Positions 1 to 19,520 of a stretch of 64,000 nucleotides of DNA are shown in pieces (the stretch's first letter is position 1; each line of letters opens with the position of its first letter). Below the pieces are notes generated by a model that was not told the DNA's origin, ran no database searches, and saw only the letters and a program-made list of their open reading frames with translations. The position numbers and the translations under genes are program-made. The stretch covers positions 48,422,001-48,486,000 of the forward strand of contig CM022665.1 of the NCBI GenBank assembly GCA_012295275.1, given 5' to 3'. The stretch comes from Chrysomallon squamiferum. Its lineage: Eukaryota > Animalia > Mollusca.

Positions 1-359
1 AGTTAATGGATTCCACTGTTTGTTTGCAAACTGTTACATGACTGTAAATGAAAATAATTTATTATTAATCTGATTTACAATCGGTTAAAAAAAACACCAT
101 ATGTAACAGCTGAAAAAGTATAAATGTGATTTATTAAATAAATATTATAATTGATTAGTGTAAATGTGTGTTGATTAATTTCAAGTCTCTGTGTGTGGTG
201 GTGTATACAAAATGTTTTATTCTGGTCGTGGTTTTGTTGGTTAATGTTAGACTGTTGTCTGTCTGTGTGTGTAATTGTGTTTAATGTGCTCAGTGAATTT
301 ACTGTTATTTTATTTATATTTTATTTTTATTTTTTTGTTGTTTAAATGTTTTCTGTTAC

Positions 360-387
360 TGTTATTATTATTAAATTTTTATTACTA

Positions 388-443
<56 letters not shown>

Positions 444-574
444 TTTTATGCTTAATTTTATTTATATTTTATTTTATTTTTTTTACAATTTTAATTTCAA
501 TCTTTTTCAATTTAATTTTAACTTTTTTATTTTTTTTTTATTATTGTTACTATTATTTTATTTTATCTGTTTAC

Positions 575-611
<37 letters not shown>

Positions 612-746
612 ATTATTGTTATCATTATTATTACTATTATTATTACTATTATTATTATTATTATTATTATTAATGTTATTTTTGTTATTGTTATTGTTAT
701 TGTTATTGTTATTATTATTATTATTATTAAATATTATTATTATTAC

Positions 747-779
<33 letters not shown>

Positions 780-975
780 ATATTATTATTATTATTATTA
801 TCTCTTTGTTAAATAAACGTTATTTTTCTCAGGGCTTATTGTCATACATATTATTATTATTATTATTATTATCTCTGTTGTTACTGGTGTTAACTAAATG
901 TGATATTTCTCAGGGCTACATGTCCTACATCAAAATTATTATTATTATTATTATTAATATTATTATTATTAAGTA
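360..975. repeat. (ATT)n microsatellite region with interspersed copies of the DNAH exon acceptor
   Basis: Long TTA/ATT runs; acceptor-plus-exon-start copies begin at 833 and 914. Confidence 0.9.
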
Positions 976-1011
976 TTATCTCTGTTGTTAACTAAACGTG
1001 ATATTTCTCAG

Positions 1012-8598
<7,587 letters not shown>

Positions 8599-8740
8599 CT
8601 GTGTCAGCTGTTACTGCACTCAGTCTCAGTACAGAATCACCAAATGTGTTGTAACTGTAAACAAAATTTACTATTAAAAAACAGTATATATATATACACA
8701 CACACACATACATATGTGATGTGATATTTGTCATTTAAAA

Positions 8741-8779
<39 letters not shown>

Positions 8780-9229
8780 TACATATGTGATATAATATTT
8801 CACATTATTTAAAAAAAAAAAAAAAAAAAAGATTTTTATTATAGAATAAAAAATAAAAACTGTTTGTAAAGAGTAAATCAATTGCTCTTTTTTAAAAAAA
8901 AAAAAAAAAAATAATAATAAAAAAAAAAAAATAAATTGATTCCTAATTTATTACAGGTTTTTTTCCACATATTTTCTGTTTTAAAACTGTAAAATTCATT
9001 AATCTTTCCTAAAATTAAAAATTAAAATAGTTTAAAAAAAAAAAAAAAAAAAAAATTTAAAAAAATATTGATATTATCTGTAGTATTTTATTGCTGGGTT
9101 TTTTTTTATGACTGAAAAGTTTTCTGTGATAGAGCATGAAGTTATGTTTGAAAATATTTGTTTTTTAAATAACAAATGACATGTCAGGGTTTTATTTTTA
9201 ATGTCCTAACATGTGTATTTATGGTATTC

Positions 9230-9530
9230 AAAAACTTGTGTATTTTCCATGTTTAAAACTTGTTTAAAACTTGTATATTTTCAGTATTTAAAACTTGTTT
9301 AAAACTTGTATATTTTCAGTGTTTTAAAAACTTGTGAATTTTCCACATTTAAAAACATGTATATTCAGTATTTAAAAACTTGTGTATTCCACATTTAAAA
9401 ACTTGTTTAAAACTTGTATATTTTCAGTGTTTTAAAAACTTGTGAATTTTCCACATTTAAAAACATGTATATTCAGTATTTTAAAACTTGTATTTTTCAC
9501 TATTTAAAAACTTGAACATTTCCACAATTT
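9230..9530. repeat. Degenerate ~25-bp tandem array (tttaaaaacttgtatattttcagta)
   Basis: Direct tandem copies. Confidence 0.8.
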
Positions 9531-10199
9531 TAAAAAAAAACTGGTATTTCTAGCATTTAAGAAAAATCGACTGTTTTCAGTAACTCACCCAGTCACATTT
9601 CAACTTTTAAACCTGTTTAACAAGTTGTTATAACAAAAAAAAAAAAATTTTATTATATGCAACTGAACACTGATTTGTATAGGAGTATCTGTGTACTAGT
9701 GAGTGTGTATGTACGAGTGACTCTGTGTGCATGCATGCATGCATGTGTGTGTCCCATGCATGAATGAAGACAGAAGCTGTATAAAAATGTTTTTAGCAGC
9801 ATTCTCACTGTTCTATTTTAATGTTTGTTATTAGGTTCCTACAGCAGACAGGTGTTTTGTCTTTCACTGGACAATTTATATTTAAATGATAAAACTCAGG
9901 GTGGGGAGGTTGATAATATTAATTACAACAGCTGCTGTGATATTTTTGTTGCTATTAAACTATGCAGTGAAGAAAACGAGATGTGTTGTTTGTTTCTGCT
10001 AAACTCTTGTCTTGTTTGTATGTATGTGGTGACATCTGCTCGCTGTGTCACTTGTGCTGGGATCGTTTTCAAGTTTTCTTTTGTGTTGCTGTCTTAAAGC
10101 TGTTGCCCGATCCACTCTGACTCTGAGCGAATTATTGACAAAACAACAGCTGATTAAGATAATCTCCCTCAATCCTCACTCCATTGTCAGACTTTTCTC

Positions 10200-10930
10200 T
10201 CACCCAGATAATCCTAAACTGTGTAGTTTCTAATATCACCCAGATAAACCTAACTACATAGTTTCTAATATCACCCAGATAAACCTGTCTAGTTTCTAAT
10301 ATCACCCAGATAAACCTAAATGTCTAGTTTCTAATATCACCTAGTTAAACCTAACTGTCTAGTTTCTAATATCACCCAGTTAAACCTAACTGTCTAGTTT
10401 ATAATATCGCTCAGATAAACCTAACTGTCTAGAAAAGTGAAAAGATTACTATACAGTTTTAGTTTCTAATATCACCCAGTTAAACCTGTCTAGTTTCAAA
10501 TATCACTCAGATAAATCTAACTGTCTAGTTTCAAATATCACTCAGATAAATCTAACTGTCTTGTTTCTAATATCACTCAGATAAACCTGTCTAGTTTGTA
10601 ATATCACTCAGATAAACTGAACGATCTAGTTTCAAATATCACTCAGATAAACCTAACTGTCTTGTTTCTAATATCATTCAGATAAACCTGTCTTGTTTCT
10701 AATATCACTCAGATAACCCTAACTGTCTAGTTTGTAATTTCACTCAGATAACCCTAACTGTCTAGTTTGTAATATCACCCAGATAAACCTAACTATCTAG
10801 TTTGTAATATCACTCAGATGAACCTAACTGTCTAGTTTGTAATATCACTCAGATGAACCTAACTGTCTAGTTTGTAATATCACTCAGATAAACCTAACTG
10901 ACTAGTTTGTAATATCACCCAGTTAAACAT
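10200..10930. repeat. ~35-bp minisatellite (tcactcagataaacctaactgtctagtttgtaata), decaying further to about 11500
   Basis: About 20 tandem copies. Confidence 0.9.
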
Positions 10931-11719
10931 TGCTAACTTTCATATCACCATGTAAAACATTTACTTTAAAAATGTTCTATTCATCCTATAAAAAAAGTAT
11001 TATGTAAGTCTTTTTTAATCATCCAGTTAAAAGATTACTAAATAGTTTTGGTGTCATCCAGTTAAATTTTGCTATAGAAGTTTTCTGGTATCCTGTAAAA
11101 AACAAATTACTATGTACGTTTTCTATCACTTAGTTAAAACTTTACTACTGACTTTTCTTGTCACTCATTAAACTTCACTATATAGTTTTTCTATCATCCT
11201 TTCAAAACTTTACTATCTAGTTTTTAATGTCACATAGATAATTTTTCTATCACCTTGTACAATATTTACTATGTCATTCTTCTGTCACCCACTTAAGACT
11301 TTGTTACCTACTTTTCTGGTCATGTTAAACTTTTGTTCCCTACTTTATTCTTATCACCCAGTTCAGACATCTACCTAGTTTTTCTATCACCTAGTTCAAA
11401 ACTTTACTCTGTACCTCGAATCACCTAGTTTTTCTGTCACCTAATTTAAAACTTTATACACCTTGTATCTCCTAGTTAAACTTTGCTCTTTAATTTTTCT
11501 GTCACTCAGTGAATTCATCAAAAAATTCAACTGTCAAGTTTTAATGAAGTATTTAAAACAATTCAGATTTTTAAAATAAATATATTAATATATACAACTT
11601 ATGTATTTAGCAGTCCAGCTCATAAATTTTAATTTTTTAAATTTTTTTTTAAATGTAATGTATAGATTTTAATGTAGATTTGTGTAGTTTACATCAGTGT
11701 TTCAGAATCTCCTTTCCGC

Positions 11720-12310
11720 AGTATTACAATATCCTTGCTACAGTATCATAATATCCTGCCCTGTGTATCATAATATCCCTCCCTGTGTATCACACTATCC
11801 TTCTCAGAGTATCATAATATCCTTCCTGGATATCATCTTTCTAAGTATATTGTAATATTCTTTTAAGTGTTTTGTAATACCAATATACTGTATCCTTAAT
11901 CTGTTGTAATACCCTTCCCTGTATACCATACTATCCTTCCCTGAATATCATAATATCCTAAGCCTACTGTAATATCCTTCCTCGTGTATCATAATATAAC
12001 CTTATCAATATATTGATATATCCTTCCAGTATATATGATATCCTCAGATTGTTATAATATCCTTCCCTGTATATTACAATATATCTTTCCCTGTATATTA
12101 CAGTATCCTTCTCTGTATATTACAATATCTTTCAATATAACATAATATCTTTCCCTGTATATTACAATATCCTTCACTATAACGTAATATCCTTCCCTGT
12201 ATATTACGATATCCTTCAATATATCGTAATATCCTTCAATGTACTGTAATATCCTTCCCATTGTGTCATGATATCCTTGCCCTGTTATATCAGTATCCTT
12301 CCCATCACCA
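11720..12310. repeat. Degenerate ~20-bp tandem array (tattacaatatccttccctg)
   Basis: Direct tandem copies. Confidence 0.8.
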
Positions 12311-13399
12311 CATAATAGTCTTAGTATTCATCCCAGTAGAAAATAACATCCTGTGAGTGAGTTACGTAACTGGAGAGAAGCTGTTGAGTGTGTTGTGGTA
12401 GTGGAGACCATGGTGACATTGGCTGACATCGCAAGTAAAGAGTTGAACAGGTACAGTGAACTCCGAGCACTGCGATAAATAACTCACTGAACTTAGAACT
12501 CTGACACTCACTTCTCTGTTAGGCTGTAGTAGTAGTAGTAGTAATTGTTCTTCTGGTGGTGTAGAGATAGTTGTAATTGCCAGTTGTTGTTGTTGTTGTA
12601 GTTATAGTGAACTAGAATGCTGATGATGATTTAAACGTCTGTATTAAGTAGTAATAGTAGTAGTAGTAATGATAGTAGTTGTAGTAGTAGTAACAGTAAC
12701 AGTAACTGTGATAGTAGTAACAATACATTAGTAGAAATACTGGCAGCAGTAGTAGTATTAGTAGCAGTAAAGTAATAGTGGTGGTTGTAGTTGAATAGTA
12801 AAGGTAGTTGTAGTAGTAGTAGCAGTAGTAGTAATTACAACAAATAATAATGCAACCAAAAAATTATAATAAACGTAGTAATAGGAACAATAATTCAATA
12901 ATTTGGTATGTCACTTTAAAATAATTATATTTTTAAAATTAATTTCAAAAAAAAAAGTATCACATTTCATGACTGAGTAAGATTAATGTACTTATCATTA
13001 AATAATCAGTGGTTTTAACTGGGTTGCAATAGATGATTAACACAACGAGATAGACTAATCAACGTGCAGTGGCTGGAACGGGAGATAACATAACAGAATT
13101 CTTTTTTAATATACTTTATACACAAACATAAAAAAAAATATATATCTTTAATAAAAAAATAAAAATAAAAAACCCAGAAAAACACGAATATTTTAAAATC
13201 TAAAAATACAGGTGTATTAATATGACATATACCAGCAGTGACATATAAAACGTATTACACCCACACACTAACATGATGTAATATTCATCTAGTCGTAACA
13301 CTGAAATGTACTTTATAAATTTTGTTTTAAATTTTAAAACGATAATCATTGTAAAATGTATTGATTTAACCGTTTTAATCTTAGAAGAACGTATCACGC

Positions 13400-14993
13400 A
13401 CACGCACACGCACACAACACAAACGCTCACAGACGTAATTAGTTGAAATAACAACTGTAGTAACTGAAACTACACAACAAAACAGCTGTGATGTAAATAA
13501 AATAAAACCTCCATCAGTAGTGTAGGTAAAACTGCTTTTTACTTCACTGTGCATTGATTGTTGCTGTCCACACTTTAGATCGACCAACTACAACAACGTT
13601 TCTAGTATCGATTACGAGAACGTCGATACGCACACACACGAGAATGAACGCACCGCATGTTGATGTTGAAGTATTTATTGACGTCGTGCAACAGATTGTA
13701 TGCTGAAATAGCGTTGAAATGTCGATGTCGTATTTCTTATTTCACCAGCCGAACACTGAGAATATTGCTCTGTACATCTGTATAATAAATTGAACGTAAC
13801 AGCTAAAACATTTTCTATTTAATTTTCGACAGTAGATATAAATCTATTACGTGTGTTGGTATAGCTACACACTGTACATTAATACATACATACAGTTCGT
13901 GAGAATTTGATCTTCTACATAAAATAACAACAATAAAAAAATCCAATACATTTTTAAAAAGGATATCCGATTTAGAAACCCAATATTTTAAAACTGTTTG
14001 TGTGACGCAACAAGCCTGGAAATGGCCATTAAAAAAATAAATATTTAAAATAAAAATATCAAACGTCATTTGTATTTCGATTACAAAATGACGTAATTCT
14101 GCCGCGGTATTTTCTTTGGATAACATTTTAATTACTATTTTTATCTGAAGCGGGATATGCGTGTATATGGAGGTCAGTGCGTATGTTAATGTCTGTGTAT
14201 GTGTACAAATACGAATGTACGTTTCAAAATACACATATAATTAAAATTATAAAATCTTGTAATGAACAATGATTAATATAGATTTACCTGAGACGTATTT
14301 CAGATTATTAAATCGTTTCATCTTGTAATAAATTATTTTTGTGGACTCATCATGAAAAACAATAATTTGTTCCGCTTGCAAAATAGAAAATATCGATTGC
14401 AGTGAATAAATACATATTTGTCTCGATGTGTAACTGATTTTAAAAACAAACAACAGAATATAAAAAGAAGAATAAGATAAATAGATAATGAAATAAATAA
14501 ATAAATAGATAATAAAATAAATAAATAAATAAATAATAACGAAAGAAAAATGGGGGAAAAAAAGGAAACAGAAGAAGAATCAGCTGCAGATACAAAATAA
14601 TAATCACAAAAAGAAGAAGAAGAAAAAAAATGCTAGTTCAACGACGTCTCCTGTAATAAAATATAACGTTGTGAAAGTGGATGTTGTTGTCGCAACTCAC
14701 ACTTCGTCGTACACACACACTTAAACCTTCAAACGTGGCTGCAATTGATTTTTTTTTTCACGTTTTCTGAAGTTTGCGTCAGACACCGTGAAATCTTTGA
14801 CGTGTACGCTTACAGAGAAACCCTGCAACTTCTACAATTCTACATCGCGTCTGAGAGCTATCTGTTGTCTGTCTGTCTGTCTGTCTGTCACAGTTTATTC
14901 TAGACTCGTTCAGACGGGAATACAACTGACTCAGCAAGTTTTTTTTTTTTTTCGTCTTGTGAAAGAAAATAAAAGAAAACGGAAGAAAACAAA
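13400..14993 (+). promoter_or_regulatory. Putative distal promoter / 5' UTR of CREB3L exon 1a with a cluster of bZIP sites
   Basis: Locally CpG-rich. Sites: TGACGTC 13679, TGACGCAA 14003, ACGTCA 14063, TGACGTAA 14089, ACGTGGC 14733, TGCGTCA 14775, TGACGTGT 14798, AP-1 TGACTCA 14927. Confidence 0.45.
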
Positions 14994-15065
14994 ATGATTG
15001 ACCTTTCTGACATGGATTTGAATTTACTCACCTCACTCAGTGAAGAGTGGATGAATATCCAACAG
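14994..15065 (+). CDS. CREB3L1: Putative alternative first coding exon (1a) of the CREB3L gene: MIDLSDMDLNLLTSLSEEWMNIQQ
   Basis: In-frame ATGs at 14994 and 15012. The exon ends CAG|gtttgt in phase 0, matching the phase-0 acceptor at 24810. The peptide is acidic/hydrophobic and follows a CpG-rich region dense in bZIP sites. Confidence 0.55.
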
Positions 15066-15086
15066 GTTTGTTTCCATCTTTTTATA

Positions 15087-15430
<344 letters not shown>

Positions 15431-15759
15431 CGTTTTGGCTGTCTTTCTGTCTCTCTAATTCTTTCTCTCCACGCTATGAAAACGTATTTTCCTGTCATAT
15501 ACTGTTTATGCGGATATAAACATACTTTTTTGTGGTATGTGTCAAAGTGTGTATGTCGGAAATTATGTGTGAGCGTGTTTGTGTGTGCGTGTAAATTGTA
15601 AGTATTAATCACGACAAACAATAATAGAAATAGAAATCAATAAATAAACAAACAAATCAATAAATAAATAACCTAACGAAATGTGAAAGCCTGAAATAAA
15701 CAGAATACTGATAAAAGCAAACAGTGCATGAGTAAAAATAGAAGTAAAATCTGTGTTCG

Positions 15760-16400
15760 AAAATCCATATAATGTGAAAACGTGGTCGTCTGTACAATAA
15801 TTCTTTCCAAATCCTGCTTTAACAACAAACAGTATATCGTTAGTTTTAAGATACGACTTCAGTCTGTTATTTAACACAGCAGTAAAGAGTTTTCCAAGAT
15901 AATTAAGTAATGTAATAGGTCTGTAATTTTCTAGGACTTTTTTTTTTTTTTTTTTTTTAAATCAAATTTTAAAACTGTCTTGGTTATACCAAACTAACCA
16001 TGAGACAGGGAAAATACTTTTTCAAACACTAAGTTATACATTTTGACCTCCGTATGTATCATACGATGAACAGTTTGCTTAATGTAATTATTCATTAACT
16101 ATAATTATTGTCTAGACACGAAGTTTCGTTGTTCTTGGTATTTTTAATAACTGTAAGTATTTCATTTTCTAAAATAGGACTGCTTAGTAAACTGTTGCTT
16201 TCTAAATCTGTAGTAAAGTCTTCTTTTCGAGGATTATCATCACCGACAGTTTACGTCTGTGAAGTATTCCTACGCTTTTTCTAAACGAGGCAGATTACAC
16301 CCGCACATTGTTCAGTTTTAAGAGTTTCCAAAAAACTCGTATTTGATAAGATCTGTAAGTTTCAGTTGTGTATTCCGGTTATGTCTTCCTAAGTGTGTTA
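15760..16400 (-). mobile_element. Decayed non-LTR retrotransposon (LINE) ORF2 / reverse transcriptase fragment
   Basis: Minus strand 15933-15763 reads LENYRPITLLNYLGKLFTAVLNNRLKSYLKTNDILFVVKAGFGKNYCTDDHVFTLYG, matching the LINE RT signature NYRPI-x-L...K...NRL...Q-x-GFR...T-x-DH. An FWKLLK-like remnant lies near 16330. The outer boundary is approximate. Confidence 0.8.
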
Positions 16401-16884
16401 ATATTACATTACTATACTATTTACTGGCCTTTAGAAGTGTTTGTTTGATTCACTGTATTTTTATTATTTTTGTTTTTCCGACTTCCTTATATTTTCTTCT
16501 GAGTAATCTGCATGACTTGTTTCCGCGTTTGCTATCTAAAACTGCTTCGTGTATAATAAAGATAACTGGACAGATTTGAGTAGAAACATCGTGCTATAAT
16601 ATTAGAGAATTCAAGTCATAAGAAAAGGTTTAAAGAGATTTTCTGGCCATGTCGATGTGACCAAGCACGTCTCCAAAAATAGAATGCAGACAAAATATAA
16701 AATGCACTGAGATTTTAGTATCTGCATCTCTCTTGGATACCCCAGTTGTTATCCACACCAAAATGTCCAAATATGCTTTATAAACACATGCACATGAACG
16801 AACAGACAAATACGCTCATATTGCTCATTACAAAATACTGACGGAAATCTTTGAATATATTATATGCTTATATAAATAAAACAA

Positions 16885-17418
16885 ATACATCCACACACAC
16901 ATACACACGTGCATATATACACATACACAGATACAACCACATACATACATACACACATACGTACATACACATTCACACACACACACACACACATACGTAC
17001 ATACACATTCACACACACATACATACAAACACACACACATACGTACATATACACATTCACACACATACATACATACACACATACGTACATACACACACAG
17101 ACATATACTCACACACACATACGTACATACACACATTCACATACATACACACACATATACTCACACACATACATACACACATACATACATACACACATAC
17201 ATACATACATACACACACACATACACACATACGTATATCCACACACATACATACATACACACATACACACATACATACATACATACCCACACACACATAC
17301 ACACATACGTACATCCACACACATACATACATACACACATACACACATACATACATACATACCCACACACACATACACACATACGTACATCCACACACAT
17401 ACATACATACACACATAC

Positions 17419-17465
<47 letters not shown>
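16885..17465. repeat. (CA)n/(CATA)n compound microsatellite
   Basis: Read directly from the sequence. Confidence 0.95.
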
Positions 17466-17469
<4 letters not shown>

Positions 17470-17898
17470 ATTCAACAATGCGTCGTAGTGTTCTTGTCAA
17501 ATCCTAAAAAGCTTTGAGACGAATTGCTGACCCCAGGGTGAGCATTAGCACACCATGCACCACAGCTTACAGATTACAAAGGGAACGTCAACGGGTGTTC
17601 TCAGGTCCCCCTCCCCCCGGGCGTTCTATCGTCGACGCCCTAGCAGACTGTCGCGGGGCTTTCCTTTGTTAATTCTTTTTTTTCTCGGTTTGATCTCACA
17701 ACATTAAAAATTAATAAACAGATGCCCGATAATCTGACTGCACTCAGAGAAGTTTTACAATTTTTTAAAATTTTATTTTGTTACTTCAATGTTTTGCCAT
17801 TAACATTGTGAAAAGTTCAAAAAAAATAAACGATAAAAATATGAGGTGGCGCCCTCTAGTTGCCGGAACGTTCAGCCTGTCCTCATACCAACAGTAAC

Positions 17899-17957
<59 letters not shown>

Positions 17958-18160
17958 AAGAGTAGTTGTAGTAGTAGTGGTAGCGATAGTAGTAATAGTA
18001 GTGTAGTAGTAAATAAATAAATGATGATGATGATGATGTTGATGACAACAATAATTAAAAAATAAAGAAACAAATGAATAAATAAAATAATAATAGTAAT
18101 AATAATAATAACAATAATAACTAAAGAAAAAATAAAGAAACAAACGAATAAATAATAATA

Positions 18161-18198
<38 letters not shown>

Positions 18199-18703
18199 AC
18201 AACAATAAAATGCTTCCGTAAATTATCGCGTCAAAATACTTTACATACAGACGACACTAAACCTGTTAGCGGGTTTTAAGCTGGGCCCTGTAATCTGTAT
18301 TAATTAAACATGGCGAAGTAGCACGTGCCCTTTGTGTTAATGCCACTAATAATTATCCATAATAAAAATCTGCATTTACAATATCGGCCATATACAACCC
18401 TGAGAGCAGTAATAAAATTCAATTGTCAGCTTCTGTTTGAACACCGGGAGCCAGCATGCACGTGCCAACGTGTGTAACGAGATTTCCATCTCTTTCAGGC
18501 GCACCACACTGGCATTTTTCATTTATGGGAAATTGGAAATTTCCATTAAAATGATTTTATTTATTACTTCCTCCAATTTGACTTTCATTGATGAAAGCCA
18601 ACATACCCCCACTCATCATGTCACATTAATGATAATTTTATAAATCTATATACACAGCTGAAAATAAAGAAAATGTTAAACTGAACTGATATGTTTGTAT
18701 CAA

Positions 18704-18757
<54 letters not shown>

Positions 18758-18959
18758 TTTCGAGATATAGTGTCAAGTATTTTATTTTAAAAAAAATGTT
18801 TGAATATTTTTGATAATAATTTTAGAGTTAAAACTACGGCAATATTTTTGTTACTTACGACACAGTATAAATATCATTGGTTTATTATTTATTTATTTAT
18901 TTCAAAATAAAAAATTATAACTGTCATGACATAATGTCTGAACAGCCATGTGCTACTGT

Positions 18960-19418
18960 TTATTATTCTAAAAATAGCTGAAGCCAGCACGTGATTGATC
19001 AGCAACAAACAGTCATTGCTGATTGGTTGAATTAAGTGGAACACAGACGTGGCTTTTGTATCTTGGTGCAATATTATTGCATATTCATGAACTATGTATT
19101 GTTTTGATTCCATTATATCAAAGTCCTGAAAGTAGTTAGAGTTGGGACCAAAGTATTTTTGTCTTTATTGAAACATTATTTTATTCGAGAATATCAATAC
19201 TACAGCAGCTGGGCTTTCGACACAAAAGATTATTTCGTTCAAGTAGGCAGTTTATCTACAGCGCGGATGTATATTTCATTAGTGTGTAGTTCGGTTCGGC
19301 CTTACAATTTGTAGCCGAGGAAGAGAACGCACGGGTTTCGCGTACCTCTCAAGTTTTTAACGGATTCGACCTATCCCTTAGGGTAGTATCCTAACGGATA
19401 CCTCAAGGGACTCCGACC
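18960..19418 (+). promoter_or_regulatory. Putative proximal promoter / 5' UTR of CREB3L exon 1b
   Basis: CACGTG near 18988, inverted CCAAT (ATTGG) at 19022, GACGTGG near 19047, and a CpG-rich stretch leading to the ATG at 19419. Confidence 0.45.
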
Positions 19419-19520
19419 ATGGACCTTCTCTACGGAAGTGATGAAAAGTTTGGCGACTTGGACGATACAGACATGTCAGGACTGTTAGAAAGTGATGTTT
19501 TTCCGACCAGCGCAAACATG
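19419..19520 (+). CDS. CREB3L1: CREB3L first coding exon (1b): [34 protein letters not shown]
   Basis: accATGg Kozak context; ATG|gtaggt donor, phase 0; GDLDDTD resembles the CREB3L1 N-terminal GDLNESD. Confidence 0.8.

Noticed and set aside
346-816. 156-aa poly-Leu/Ile ORF, and similar ORFs at 7482, 17786, 44503, 55724 and 60332
   Set aside because: These are translations of (ATT)n/(AAT)n microsatellites with no coding signal.
19022-19055. ATTGG ... GACGTGG as a canonical ERSE
   Set aside because: Order and spacing do not fit CCAAT-N9-CCACG or ATTGG-N-CCACG; kept only as generic promoter motifs.
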